From a virus (lineage: Duplodnaviria > Heunggongvirae > Uroviricota > Caudoviricetes), in the IMG/VR virus record IMGVR_UViG_3300028887_000002, positions 32,001 through 96,000 of that record: a DNA stretch of 64,000 bases. One strand, 5' to 3'. Positions 39,783 through 50,707 of the stretch are shown here, one piece after another. Made by a program: the position numbers and the translations under genes. A model generated the notes under the pieces. The model made no database searches. It was not told where the DNA came from and was given only the letters and a program-made list of their open reading frames with translations. The number at the start of each line of letters is the position of its first letter. Position 1 is the stretch's first letter.

Positions 39783-40340
39783 TTAGTTTTTAGATTTTCT
39801 TTTCAAAATAACACTTGTCTTGGTTGTATCTCTCTTTGGCATACTTTCAGCGACGCCAACGCTCTCGCATAGCATTATGAACGCATATAGTTGTTTTTCG
39901 GATTCGTCCCTACGTTCCAGTTCCCTGCGTTTCATTGCCATTACAACCCTAACCTTGTTGTTGTCTTCTATAAATTCCATAGCCTTGCGAGCCTTTATTT
40001 CAAGGTCATGATTGGATATGTTAGGCGACAGTTGTATTTCCTTTACCTCGGTTGTCTTACGGTTCTGCAATTTCTGTGATTTCTTCAGTTCATACATATA
40101 CTTTGAATAGTCACATAGTTTTAACACTGGCGGTTTGGCTTCGGGGTTTATTTCAACTAAATCCAGTTCCATTTCCCGTGATAATCTTTTTGCTTCATTC
40201 AGCCCCATTATGCGGGTAAAATCTTCTTCACTCTTCTCGAAGTTATTCTTGCGGTATACGACTCTCGCTTCGTAGTAACCAGTAATCTCGTTGTTGATTC
40301 TTGGTTCAGTTACTTGGTTGTTTCTTTTTTCTTTTTGCAT
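39783..40340 (-). CDS. infC: translation initiation factor IF-3
   Basis: RINNEI...LDLVEINPEAKPPV.K..DYSKY.YE...KEIQLSPNI..HDL..K. Confidence 0.9.
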   Translation of the reverse strand: MQKEKRNNQVTEPRINNEITGYYEARVVYRKNNFEKSEEDFTRIMGLNEAKRLSREMELDLVEINPEAKPPVLKLCDYSKYMYELKKSQKLQNRKTTEVKEIQLSPNISNHDLEIKARKAMEFIEDNNKVRVVMAMKRRELERRDESEKQLYAFIMLCESVGVAESMPKRDTTKTSVILKRKSKN

Positions 40341-40930
40341 CTGTTCTCGCTGTAATATTCCAAATATTGTTCTCTAAAAATTCTATCTTGGTTTTCTAAA
40401 AGTTCTCGACCTTTTTCATAGCCGTGCAATTTGCCATAGGTCAGCATCTTCCCTCTTATTTTGTAACATTCGTCACGTTTTCGTAGTTGGACATAGTCGT
40501 AAATTGTAAGGTTCATGTCTGTGCACGTGCGGTTGATTATATCCAATACTTTTTCTCTGTCGCCATTGCCATCGAATATGCTTGTTCCGAGTATGGTTGT
40601 CATTACATTCTTACCCTTGAACTCCTCGTTTGCGCTTACAAGACATTTTTCCAATGCTTCATAGTCAAGTGTTTCCCGATTGCTTCTTGGAAACTTACAA
40701 ATATACATAAGTGAAACTATCGGTTTCTCACCTACATTCAAACGTTTTCCTAACTTACGCGTATCGCCATAGTTGGTCGACTTGTTTGCTACATCCAGTT
40801 CTGGGTATTTTATACGCATCTTCGACTGTAGGCCGTTTGTCAACATATTGTTGATTGATGTACCGAGCAACACGACATCATAGTTGTCGGTCTCCCATAT
40901 GGCATCCTTGTCCTTAATAAATTGAATCAT
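40310..40930 (-). CDS. macrodomain-like protein
   Basis: Weak macro pattern (D...N.M..G....KYP...LG...LDYEALEKCL...G). Confidence 0.5.
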   Translation of the reverse strand: MIQFIKDKDAIWETDNYDVVLLGTSINNMLTNGLQSKMRIKYPELDVANKSTNYGDTRKLGKRLNVGEKPIVSLMYICKFPRSNRETLDYEALEKCLVSANEEFKGKNVMTTILGTSIFDGNGDREKVLDIINRTCTDMNLTIYDYVQLRKRDECYKIRGKMLTYGKLHGYEKGRELLENQDRIFREQYLEYYSENRCKKKKETTK

Positions 40931-40933
40931 ATA

Positions 40934-42025
40934 TTATTGGAAATTTTTACATTTTGATAATTTTTCGAGAAGTTTCTTTTCTTCCGAATTTATTTGTTTT
41001 GGCATCTTGTACTTTATAATTACCACGAGGTCGCCATAATTGCCTTTGGTATCAGGTAACCCCTTACCTCTAAGAATCAATCTCTTGCCATCAAACGTAC
41101 CCTGTGGAATTGTTATGTTGTACTTCTTGTTTCCAACACCAATTATCTCACAACTGCCACCCATAAGGCATTGTGGTATTGAAACTTCCTTTGTTATTTC
41201 AATGTCGTATGGATTTCTGTCAGACATATTCATTCCGTTTTCTGGAACAATCTTGAAAATAACATAAAGGTCACCGTTTATACCATCGTTGACGCAATGC
41301 CCCATACCTTCCATTGTAATGTATGCACCGTTGATGACACCTTGTGGTATGTTTATGGTAATTGATTCGTTTTCAACACTAAGACCTGTTCCGTTACAGG
41401 AAGGACATGGGTTGACAATAATCTCGCCAGTACCACCACACTTGTCGCATACGGTGGTTTGTTGTATTACAGTAAAACCATTTCGTCTTGTTTCAGTAAA
41501 GTGACCACGTCCGCCACATTTTGGACAAGTTTCCTTGTGTCCGTGTTCTGATAAACCCGTTCCGTGACATTTGCTACACGGCTTACGTCTTCTATAACCA
41601 AATGTCTTTTCGGCCTGGCTATATGCTTCATTAATAGTTATTTCGAGTGTTATCTTGATGTTTTCGCCTCTTTGGATTGTGCGTCTTCTACCGCCAAAGC
41701 CGTTAAAATCATCATCACCGAAACTGAAGCCATGCATATTCGCAAAGTATCTGAACATATCGTCCATATTCATATTGTCGAACTGCATATTGCCGTCAAC
41801 AGTACCAAACTGGTCATATTGCTGGCGTTTGGCCTTGTCTGACAATACACTATATGCTTCGGATATTTCCTTGAACTTTTCCTCTGCTTCCTTCTTTTCG
41901 GCTTCCGACTTGTTTACCAGACGGTCTGGATGAAACTGCATTGCAAGTTTCTTGTATGCCTTCTTGATGACATCTTCACTTGCATTCTTTTCAACACCTA
42001 ATATTTTATAGTAATCTTTAGTCAT
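40934..42025 (-). CDS. dnaJ: chaperone DnaJ
   Basis: HPD J-domain and four CxxCxGxG repeats. Confidence 0.95.
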   Translation of the reverse strand: MTKDYYKILGVEKNASEDVIKKAYKKLAMQFHPDRLVNKSEAEKKEAEEKFKEISEAYSVLSDKAKRQQYDQFGTVDGNMQFDNMNMDDMFRYFANMHGFSFGDDDFNGFGGRRRTIQRGENIKITLEITINEAYSQAEKTFGYRRRKPCSKCHGTGLSEHGHKETCPKCGGRGHFTETRRNGFTVIQQTTVCDKCGGTGEIIVNPCPSCNGTGLSVENESITINIPQGVINGAYITMEGMGHCVNDGINGDLYVIFKIVPENGMNMSDRNPYDIEITKEVSIPQCLMGGSCEIIGVGNKKYNITIPQGTFDGKRLILRGKGLPDTKGNYGDLVVIIKYKMPKQINSEEKKLLEKLSKCKNFQ

Positions 42026-42094
42026 ATTTTTCTAAATATAGTAAAAATTGCCCGCAAATCCAAGACTCACGGGCGTGAAAATGTTTGTTTTTTG

Positions 42095-44026
42095 TTATTG
42101 CGGTTTCTGTTCTTCACCTTCTGGCATGTTACTACCTTGTGAGAAATTACCACCATTGAACATGTCGCCGAAGTTTGCACCGAACGGATTTGACGTTGGG
42201 TTGGTTTGTGGGTTTGCTTGTGAATAAGCCTTTCCACTTACAGCATACATACGTTCCTGCATTGCCTTGGTGATTTCTTCCATCTTGTCAATGTCATCGG
42301 TTTTCTTTACTTCCTTGAGTTCTTCAATCTTTTCTTCCAAGAACTTCTTATCATCATCAGTCATGACTTCGGGTTTGTCCTTGAAATCCTCAATAATCTT
42401 TTCGGCCTGGAACAATATGCTCTCGAAACTATTGAGTTTGTCGGCACGTTCATTTGCCTTAGCATCTTCCTCAGCGTGTTCTTCAGCCTCTCTCTTAATT
42501 CTTTCAACCTCCTCATCAGTAAGGCTGTTCTTGTTTTCGATGGTAATGTGCTGTTCCTTGCCAGTCGCCTTATCCTTTGCTGTTACTGTAAGGATTGAGT
42601 TAGCATCAATATCGAATGTAACTTCAATCTGTGGTATACCATGTCTTGCGGGGGCAATACCGTCAAGATTAAACTCACCAACAACCTTGTTGTCTCTTGC
42701 CATAGGTCTCATACCGTTAAGAACCTTGATGGTTACTGCGGGCTGGTTGTCCTCTGCGGTTGTGAATATCTGCGACTTTCTGCAAGGTATAGTTGTGTTG
42801 GCTTCAATAAGTGTTGTAGCAACGCCACCCATAGTTTCAATTGAATAGTTCATAGGGCATACGTCAAGCAACAATATATCTCCAGCACCCTCACCGCCGA
42901 CAAGGGTGTTAGCCTGTATAGCCGCGCCTTCCGCTACTGCAAGGTCAAGGTTGGATGATTTTATGAGTTTTACTCCGAATTCCTTTGTAAGCGCTTCTTG
43001 TACCATCGGGATACGGCAAGAACCACCGACAAGCAATATACCGTCAAGGTCTGACTTTGTAAAGCCCGATGCTTCCAACGCCTTCTTTGCACATTCTATA
43101 ATGCGGTCAACAAACCATTGGATAAGTTGTTCAAACTTAGCCCTTGATAAGTTACAAACCAAATGTAGTGGTGCGTTGTCCTTTGAAGTAATGTAAGGTA
43201 GGTTGATTTCGGTCATACTTGAAGATGAAAGTTCAATTTTAGCCTTTTCAGATGCTTCAATTATACGAGACATTGCCTGTGCATCACCAGAGAGGTCAAT
43301 ACCATTTTCTTTCTTGAATTCTGATATCACATATTCAGCAATCTTCTTATCAATATCACTACCACCAAGATAAACATCACCGTTGGTTGCTTTTATTTCA
43401 ACAATATTATCGCTAATATCAGCAATGGACAAATCGCTGGTCGCGCCACCTGTGTCTACCACCATGTATTTTCCACCCTTATCCATATCAATATTAGATG
43501 AAAGGATTGCGGCTGTTGGTTCAGCAATAACCCTAAGAACATTCAACCCTGCAAGTTCACCAGCCTTCTTTGTGGCACTTCTTGCATTGTCAGAGAAAAA
43601 TGCTGGAACTGTAATAACAGCGTCAGTAACCTCTTCGCCAATATAATCTTCGGCGGTTTTCTTTAATTTAGAAATAATCATTGACGATATTTCTTCTGGA
43701 GAATATTCCTTACCTTCTACCGAAACTCTCGGTTGTCCGTTGCGGTTTACCACGTCATATTGCACGTGTTTAATATCCTTTTCCGATTCAGCATAAGTTG
43801 CACCCATAAACCTCTTGATAATGTTAACGGTTTCTTTGGGATTAACAATCATCTGTCTCTTGGCTGAATTACCGACCTTGCGTTCTCCATTCTTCAACGC
43901 AACTACTGACGGGGTGGCGCTTGAACCTTCCTCGTTTACTATTACTACAGGTTTTCCTGCTTCAATTACTGCGACTTCTGATAATGTACTACCTAAGTCG
44001 ATTCCAATTGCTTTACTATTTTTCAT
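42095..44026 (-). CDS. dnaK: chaperone DnaK (Hsp70)
   Basis: GIDLG, TVPAFF, EPTAA, LVGGS, PQIEVTFDIDAN motifs. Confidence 0.95.
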   Translation of the reverse strand: MKNSKAIGIDLGSTLSEVAVIEAGKPVVIVNEEGSSATPSVVALKNGERKVGNSAKRQMIVNPKETVNIIKRFMGATYAESEKDIKHVQYDVVNRNGQPRVSVEGKEYSPEEISSMIISKLKKTAEDYIGEEVTDAVITVPAFFSDNARSATKKAGELAGLNVLRVIAEPTAAILSSNIDMDKGGKYMVVDTGGATSDLSIADISDNIVEIKATNGDVYLGGSDIDKKIAEYVISEFKKENGIDLSGDAQAMSRIIEASEKAKIELSSSSMTEINLPYITSKDNAPLHLVCNLSRAKFEQLIQWFVDRIIECAKKALEASGFTKSDLDGILLVGGSCRIPMVQEALTKEFGVKLIKSSNLDLAVAEGAAIQANTLVGGEGAGDILLLDVCPMNYSIETMGGVATTLIEANTTIPCRKSQIFTTAEDNQPAVTIKVLNGMRPMARDNKVVGEFNLDGIAPARHGIPQIEVTFDIDANSILTVTAKDKATGKEQHITIENKNSLTDEEVERIKREAEEHAEEDAKANERADKLNSFESILFQAEKIIEDFKDKPEVMTDDDKKFLEEKIEELKEVKKTDDIDKMEEITKAMQERMYAVSGKAYSQANPQTNPTSNPFGANFGDMFNGGNFSQGSNMPEGEEQKPQ

Positions 44027-44081
44027 TTCGTTAAATTTTAATTTCGTTATTTTTGCATTCTATTTATCTAATTCCGTACCA

Positions 44082-46265
44082 TTAGTATTTTACTGTCATT
44101 TTGTCAGTATTTTCTGCCAATTCCTTAACTTTATTAAGGAAGAATCCGTCTTTATGTGACACATTGATACTTCTTTCCCTAATAGTTTCGGGAATTTCGT
44201 CATAAAGTTTTTGCATTACGTCCTTTGGCATATTAGTATGTTTTGTTAAATAACTTGCAGAGGAAACTAACATATTACGCCACTCTTCACTTTCAAATGT
44301 GCGCCTTACGTCATTTTCGCAGGTCTTGATTATGTTCTTGATTTCAGTATTGACTGAAATTTCGTTTGATGGGTCGTTTATTAATAAACCGCCATTTGTT
44401 ACTGGTTCAGTCTTAAGGTATGTGGTAGTATAGCCATTTGCACCCAAACCATACCTGCGTATCATTGCTGAAGCCAATTTGGTTGCTTCCATAAGGTCGC
44501 TTTGTGAACCAGCAGTTCTGTATTCTGTACCAAATACTATCTTTTCAGCCATATACCCACCCAAAGCAACACGTATCCTGTCCATAAGTGCGGTTTTTGT
44601 ATCGGTTGTATTATTATCAAGATTAATCTCCCATAGCATAAAACCTTCAGTGTTTGAAGATGCTGTCCGTGAACATAACTTTTCTGGCATCTTGCCATAG
44701 AGTTTAGCATACATTACAAAGTGACCGCTTTCGTGTACGGCTGTTATTGCCTGTTCGTCATTATTCTTTTCCTTGCGGAGGTTGTCTGTGCGCAATACTT
44801 CAGTGAACTCTATACAATCCACAGGTGCGTATTTGTCGGGTTCGTCAATATAAAGTGGTTCGTTGTAAAGTTCAATTACTGTATGGTTGTTTTCATACTT
44901 GAAATTAATACGTTTCAAATCAATACCTCTATCTTCGGCATATTCAACAATCTTGGCAAACTTTGTCTTTACTATTTCGTAAGTGGAAGAAAAGACTGGC
45001 CTTGTACCTTGTGTCGGAAATACAGAATCATTGTATATAATATCAACAATGCTTTGGTCGTATGTAACCAATATGTCATAGGTGGATTTTATTGCATTTG
45101 CATACCTATCAATATCCATCTTTATTATTTTTCTGAAATCTTCAGTAGTGAATGATGGGTATGTAATCATTATGTTGCCCAAACGTGAAATTTGCTCGTT
45201 TCTGAATCTTTTTTGCAATGATGATTTTATATCTACTATGCTAATCTTCTTGGTTATCTCGTGGAACTGGTCGGGAGACATGTCGGGGTCAACATCATAT
45301 GACATTGTATATGCTTCGTCAATGTTCGCAAGGACGAAAATAAGACAGTTCTTATAATTCATTGTAATACCTTTAATAGATTCTGTCACTATCTTGTAGA
45401 TAATGTCAAAAATGCCTTCTATGTCCTTGTCTGTAAAGTAGGCAACAAAGTCTGAAAACGTTTCAAACCTCTTGTCAATCTTGCTTTGGTATGCAACGAA
45501 TCCGTAGAGTCTTTTTAACGTGCTGACATTAAGGAAAAATTTACCCAAGTCACACCTCCAAGGTGTTGGAAGACTACACTCATCATCATAATCATATTGT
45601 TCTATTTTATTTAGTTTTTCATTCTTGTCGTCAATGTTGAAATATTCCTTTATTTCTGATATGCTTGCGGTGTCGAACGCTTTTAAACATTCCTCAGCAT
45701 TAACCCATTCACCGTTAACTAACTTAATGTCACAGTTATTCATAAGTCTGTCACACCAAGTAATCAAACTACCGAAATATCTTGCATCGTAATAGGACAT
45801 ACGTTTCTTTAATATTCCATCATCCAGTAACTCCCAGAAGGTTTTGAGACCAGACCTGTTGTCTTTTTCCTCACCGTCCTGTGATTTTGTGGCAGCATAT
45901 TGGAACTCGTCATAAACAAATACGATATTGGACTTGTCAATCGGAACTTCATTGTCGAACATTTCCTTTACCTCCCAGTTGGTATTCTCACTAATCTGGG
46001 CAAAGTTGAAATATACCATATCCTTTTCGATGTCCAGTAATTGCATAAGTCTCTTTACGAGAGATGTCTTTCCACAACCAGTCATACCGAAAAGGTTTAT
46101 GACAATAGGCTTGTCTATAAGTTGCGGAAACAAATACCAGGTACGCATATTGTTTATTACCTGTTCAATGATTGGGTCTATTCCTACATATTCTTCCTTG
46201 AGAACCTTCTCGGCATTATTAAGAAGTTTCTTCTTCGCTTCAATTTCCTTTGTGTTAATTTGCAT
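44082..46265 (-). CDS. soluble AAA+ ATPase fused to a peptidase M41 domain
   Basis: GMTGCGKT, FVYDE, HESGH zinc motif, LGG..AE, G...DL..AT; no TM segment. Confidence 0.85.
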   Translation of the reverse strand: MQINTKEIEAKKKLLNNAEKVLKEEYVGIDPIIEQVINNMRTWYLFPQLIDKPIVINLFGMTGCGKTSLVKRLMQLLDIEKDMVYFNFAQISENTNWEVKEMFDNEVPIDKSNIVFVYDEFQYAATKSQDGEEKDNRSGLKTFWELLDDGILKKRMSYYDARYFGSLITWCDRLMNNCDIKLVNGEWVNAEECLKAFDTASISEIKEYFNIDDKNEKLNKIEQYDYDDECSLPTPWRCDLGKFFLNVSTLKRLYGFVAYQSKIDKRFETFSDFVAYFTDKDIEGIFDIIYKIVTESIKGITMNYKNCLIFVLANIDEAYTMSYDVDPDMSPDQFHEITKKISIVDIKSSLQKRFRNEQISRLGNIMITYPSFTTEDFRKIIKMDIDRYANAIKSTYDILVTYDQSIVDIIYNDSVFPTQGTRPVFSSTYEIVKTKFAKIVEYAEDRGIDLKRINFKYENNHTVIELYNEPLYIDEPDKYAPVDCIEFTEVLRTDNLRKEKNNDEQAITAVHESGHFVMYAKLYGKMPEKLCSRTASSNTEGFMLWEINLDNNTTDTKTALMDRIRVALGGYMAEKIVFGTEYRTAGSQSDLMEATKLASAMIRRYGLGANGYTTTYLKTEPVTNGGLLINDPSNEISVNTEIKNIIKTCENDVRRTFESEEWRNMLVSSASYLTKHTNMPKDVMQKLYDEIPETIRERSINVSHKDGFFLNKVKELAENTDKMTVKY

Positions 46266-46284
46266 TGTTATTCCTCCATTATTG

Positions 46285-46551
46285 TTATTTAGTGTATTGT
46301 TCACAACAGTTGCCGATATCTTCACTCTCATTATCAAGTTCGTAAATGCTGATATAATATTCTAAATCCCAAAACAACCAAGATAAAGTTATGTAATTAA
46401 GTTTATGGCACCATTCACCATTCACCATTATTTTAGGGATATCAATCATAAGTCTCGGCAATATTTCACAAGTTCTTTCTTGTCTAAAAGTTATAGAACT
46501 GTCTCTTTTATTATTAAAATTAATTCTTTTGATAATTCGTCCTATTCCCAT
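46285..46551 (-). CDS. hypothetical protein
   Basis: 88 aa ORF. Confidence 0.55.
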   Translation of the reverse strand: MGIGRIIKRINFNNKRDSSITFRQERTCEILPRLMIDIPKIMVNGEWCHKLNYITLSWLFWDLEYYISIYELDNESEDIGNCCEQYTK

Positions 46552-46554
46552 AAT

Positions 46555-46776
46555 TCATTCCTCCATGTCAATGTGTTTTTGCACCTTGTTGACTGTAAGT
46601 CTAATATTGTTCTTAACGTCCATAAAAGTTCCATGTATTTCCGTTTCCTTGAAACCTTCACTGGTAAGATATGCTTTCGCAGCATCTTCGCTATCAAAGT
46701 AGCCAATCTGTCCAATTCTATATGGGACTGTGCCGAGACGCATGTTGCGTTCAAATATTAAGTAAATTTCTTCCAT
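46555..46776 (-). CDS. hypothetical protein
   Basis: Start moved to MEEIY. Confidence 0.55.
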   Translation of the reverse strand: MEEIYLIFERNMRLGTVPYRIGQIGYFDSEDAAKAYLTSEGFKETEIHGTFMDVKNNIRLTVNKVQKHIDMEE

Positions 46777-46783
46777 ATGTAAA

Positions 46784-47710
46784 TTATTTATTAAGTTCGT
46801 TAAAAATTTCACCCATCTCGTGCAACGTTAACCTGCGTCCGATTGTTATCTTTCGTCCGCAGACCTTGGTGTCGTTATCGTTTATTTCATTCGACCTGTC
46901 TTCAAGAACGACCTCGTGAAAGACTACATTTTCACCCGAATAGTAGTTGAAGCAATCCAACGGGTTCAAACAACCATGGAACCCGTGCCTGCATAATTCT
47001 GCCTCATCACAGGTATAGGTTTCCCCTTCCTTGTATTGGAAATTAAAGCAGGTCATATCAGAGTTAAAGCCTTTATAGGCGATATGACCTTGTGGTTGTC
47101 TCTTTATTCTCGTGTTATAAAATGCAAATTGGTGAATACTTGTTACCGAATCTGGGATGTTAATAGAGGTAAGGTTGTAGCAACCAGAAAACGCACCCCA
47201 TTCAATTTTCGTCACCGAATCGGGAATGTTGATTGAGGTAAGGCCGCGGCAACCTCTAAATGCATCATCGCCAATTTCCGTCACAGAATCGGGGATGTAG
47301 ACTGAGGTAAGACTTCTACATTCCAGAAATGCACCATTGCTAATGCTTTCAACTGAATTGCCGATTGTTACCGATGTCAATCCACTACAACCTCTAAACG
47401 CCTCATAATCAATATATGTAACAGAATTGGGGATTGTCAATGTTCCTCTCAGTCCGCTGCAACCTTTAAATGCACCCCAACCAATTTCTGTCACTGAATC
47501 AGCAATTGTAACCGATGCCAGTCCGCTGCAAAAAGAAAATGCACCATCGCCAATGCCAGTAACAGAATTGGGAATTGTCACTGATGTCAGACCGCTACAA
47601 AAAGAAAATGCACCATCGCCAATTATTCTCACACTATCAGGTATTACAACATCGGCACCATTGCCTTTGTAGTCTATAAGTTCGCCGTTTTTTATTATAA
47701 AATCTTCCAT
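46784..47710 (-). CDS. BspA-type leucine-rich repeat protein with phage C-terminal domain
   Basis: About 8 LTSVTIPxSVTxIGxxAFxxC repeats; C-terminal AYKGF...FQY..G..Y...C..GFH.C.NPLD. Confidence 0.88.
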   Translation of the reverse strand: MEDFIIKNGELIDYKGNGADVVIPDSVRIIGDGAFSFCSGLTSVTIPNSVTGIGDGAFSFCSGLASVTIADSVTEIGWGAFKGCSGLRGTLTIPNSVTYIDYEAFRGCSGLTSVTIGNSVESISNGAFLECRSLTSVYIPDSVTEIGDDAFRGCRGLTSINIPDSVTKIEWGAFSGCYNLTSINIPDSVTSIHQFAFYNTRIKRQPQGHIAYKGFNSDMTCFNFQYKEGETYTCDEAELCRHGFHGCLNPLDCFNYYSGENVVFHEVVLEDRSNEINDNDTKVCGRKITIGRRLTLHEMGEIFNELNK

Positions 47711-47736
47711 AAAAAAATAATCTTTGTTTGACAGTG

Positions 47737-47767
47737 CAAACATATAACATTTCTCCGAAAGTACAAA
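47737..47767 (-). promoter_or_regulatory. Bacteroidota sigmaA-type promoter
   Basis: TTTG-N19-TATGTTTG. Confidence 0.7.
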
Positions 47768-47814
47768 ACTTTTTTTTATTTTTTCTTTTTTCTATTTTTT
47801 AATAAAAAAAACAT

Positions 47815-48813
47815 ATGATAAAAGTTTTTACTTCATTTAGTGGTTATGACAGCCAGTGCCTGGCACTTGAAAGGGCTGGTATTGAATATGACCTTGTGGG
47901 TTGGTCGGAAATTGATAGTTATGTCATTCGGGCGCACAACGCATTGTTTCCTCAATGGAAAGATAGGAAATATGGTGATATTAGAAACATCAATTGGGAC
48001 AATGTCCCTGACTTTGATTTATTCACCTATAGTTCTCCATGCCAAGATTTCTCAAAGGCTGGTAAACTGGAAGGCGGTGAGAAGAATAGCGGTACGAAGT
48101 CTTCGTTGTTATGGGAATGTGAAAAGGCGATTTCAGCCAAAAAACCAAAAATATTGCTTATGGAGAACGTGCGAAATCTGACTTCCCCTAAATTTATACC
48201 ATTATTCAATAATTGGTTATCGGTATTGGAATCCTGTGGGTATAAGAACTACTGGCAGATAATGAGCGCCAGGGATTATGGCGTCCCCCAAAATCGTCCA
48301 AGGGTGTATGTGGTTTCTGTTAGGAATGACTTGGTGGAAACTTATGGTGATTTTTCATTTCCAAATCCAATTGAACTAAAACAGCCGTTATCTAGTTATA
48401 TTCAGACAAATGTTGATAAAAAATATTATTTATATGAGGATAATGCTGAATTTGTTATATCAAAATGTAAAAAAATCGAAGAATATCCGTCAGTACTTGG
48501 GTGGACACGTGATAGGGAAGGGAAGATTGTGAACTACCACCCAGTGGAATCTGCTAATTGTCTAACTGCAACCAAACGTGATAACACACAGAACTATATA
48601 CTTGAATTGGTGGACGGTGTGCAACGTGTTAGAAAACTCACAGAATGGGAATGTTTTGCCTTGATGGGATTAACCGATACAGAAATTAAAACTATATTGG
48701 AATCAGGCGTTCCAAAAACATTTCTTCATAAAATGGCTGGAAATTCCATAGTTGTTGATGTTTTGTGCGAAGTTTTTCAGAATATCAACTATTTATACTT
48801 TAATGGCAACTAA
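47815..48813 (+). CDS. DNA cytosine-5 methyltransferase
   Basis: FSGY, SPCQ, ENV, PQNRPR, AGNSI motifs. Confidence 0.93.
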   Translation: MIKVFTSFSGYDSQCLALERAGIEYDLVGWSEIDSYVIRAHNALFPQWKDRKYGDIRNINWDNVPDFDLFTYSSPCQDFSKAGKLEGGEKNSGTKSSLLWECEKAISAKKPKILLMENVRNLTSPKFIPLFNNWLSVLESCGYKNYWQIMSARDYGVPQNRPRVYVVSVRNDLVETYGDFSFPNPIELKQPLSSYIQTNVDKKYYLYEDNAEFVISKCKKIEEYPSVLGWTRDREGKIVNYHPVESANCLTATKRDNTQNYILELVDGVQRVRKLTEWECFALMGLTDTEIKTILESGVPKTFLHKMAGNSIVVDVLCEVFQNINYLYFNGN

Positions 48814-50707
48814 AAAAGAGGAATATATTAAATGTGCTACCGACAAGACGCGAAAGTACTTTATAGAGACTTACTTGTCCACCTTCAATGCTGATGAACG
48901 CACTGAGGTGGCATTTAAATTGTTTCCGCGCCAACTTGTATTCTTGGATAGTCTAGTTGAGAATCCAAATACTATAGCAATCAAACATCGTCAGGCTGGT
49001 ATAACAACAGTGTCGGCTGCCTGGATTACTGGCCAGATAGTCTTTGCGAACCGCAAGTCCCCCGAAACAGTGCTTTGCATAGGAAACAAACTTGATATTT
49101 CGCAACAGTTGCTTGAGAAAATTGCTGGATTCCTTGACCAGGTACCCAGATGGATGTGGGGCGCGGATTATTATTCGCCAGACCCGACAGACCCAAAGAA
49201 TAGGCGGTCTATATACATAACTCGAAATAAGGCTAAACTGGAACTCTTTAATGGGTGTACGGTACACGCTAGGTCAAGTGGTGAAAATGCTGCCCGTGGT
49301 ATTTCTGCCGTATCAATACTGATATTTGACGAGGCTGCTTTTATTCAGAACGGTATGACTGTTTATGCACAGGCAGTTGCTGCCACATCATCTGTTCGTA
49401 ATGCAAAGATAATTATGGTTTCAACCCCTAACGGTAAAGACCATTTGTATTACAGGACATACAATAATGCATTAAAGGGCGAAAATAACTATCATCCTGT
49501 GGAATTTAAGTGGTTTCAAGACCCAAGATACAACAGAAGTCTCTACTGGTCGAAGAAGAATCCTGAAACTGGTGAGATTGAACTTGAATACGACCCTGTT
49601 ATTGACAAGAGGGGTAATATAGAATATAACGAGGGCAGATGGCGTAAACTTGAAAAGGATGGTTGGATACCCAACAGCCCTTGGTATACTTCAATGTGCA
49701 AGTCATTCAATAACGATGAAATGAGAATTGCACAGGAATTGAATGTATCATTCCTTGGGTCATCGGATAACGTCATACCGCCAGAGGTTATTGAGGCACA
49801 CCTTAACCAAAATGTGATTGAACTTCCTGAAGACTGGCCACTAAAAGACCCGCTTATGAACGAAACGTGGATTTGGGAAGACCCGATACCTGGTCACAGA
49901 TATATATGCGCCTGTGATATAAGTTCTGGGTCTAGCGATGATAGAACTGCTATAGAGATTATTGATGTTGATGCTATAGATGAAAATGGTAGACCTTATT
50001 TCAATCAAGTCCTTGAATATTATGGTAAAAGAACTGCTGATGAAGTGGGAGAAATGATATTCCATTACGGAACAATGTATAACGATGCATTGGTTGTAGT
50101 TGAATGTATTGGCGGTTATGGTGACGGGGCAGTATTGCAACTCAAGAATATGAAATACCCCAACCTTTATTACGATGAGCCATCACTCAAGACTTATACT
50201 GCACAAACGACTTATGCAAGGTTTAAGATGAATGATACTGAGAAACTTCCAGGGTTTAGGACTAATTCATTGAGAATACAGTGTATATCAACTTTCGTTG
50301 CAATGCTTAAGGATAATTCCTTTAGAGTAAGGAGTTCAAGGATTATAAGTGAAATGGAGACTTGGATATGGAAAAGTGGACGACCAGACCATATGGACGG
50401 TTGTCACGATGATACGCTTACCTGTCTTTCTATGGGACTTTTCATATTACAATACTATATGATACGTTCAGACAAACAGAAGGCGAAGGATAAGGTTATG
50501 GTGAGTTCGTGGCGGACAAGCAGTGGCGTAACTACACCGAAACACGAGCAGGATAACGTGTCAATGCACGATATGTCAAAGAAAAATCCTCCGTTCTATA
50601 CATCAAGTTACCTCAACAAACAGAAGGACTCAAACCTGATGGCTATGTTGATGTTGGGCGGATATTATAAACAATATAAAGAGAAATATAATGGTAAAAA
50701 GAGTTAG
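48803..50707 (+). CDS. terminase large subunit
   Basis: RQAGITT, IFDEAAF, STPNG, CDISSG, HDD motifs; TATTTATA at 48790-48797. Confidence 0.92.
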   Translation: MATKKEEYIKCATDKTRKYFIETYLSTFNADERTEVAFKLFPRQLVFLDSLVENPNTIAIKHRQAGITTVSAAWITGQIVFANRKSPETVLCIGNKLDISQQLLEKIAGFLDQVPRWMWGADYYSPDPTDPKNRRSIYITRNKAKLELFNGCTVHARSSGENAARGISAVSILIFDEAAFIQNGMTVYAQAVAATSSVRNAKIIMVSTPNGKDHLYYRTYNNALKGENNYHPVEFKWFQDPRYNRSLYWSKKNPETGEIELEYDPVIDKRGNIEYNEGRWRKLEKDGWIPNSPWYTSMCKSFNNDEMRIAQELNVSFLGSSDNVIPPEVIEAHLNQNVIELPEDWPLKDPLMNETWIWEDPIPGHRYICACDISSGSSDDRTAIEIIDVDAIDENGRPYFNQVLEYYGKRTADEVGEMIFHYGTMYNDALVVVECIGGYGDGAVLQLKNMKYPNLYYDEPSLKTYTAQTTYARFKMNDTEKLPGFRTNSLRIQCISTFVAMLKDNSFRVRSSRIISEMETWIWKSGRPDHMDGCHDDTLTCLSMGLFILQYYMIRSDKQKAKDKVMVSSWRTSSGVTTPKHEQDNVSMHDMSKKNPPFYTSSYLNKQKDSNLMAMLMLGGYYKQYKEKYNGKKS

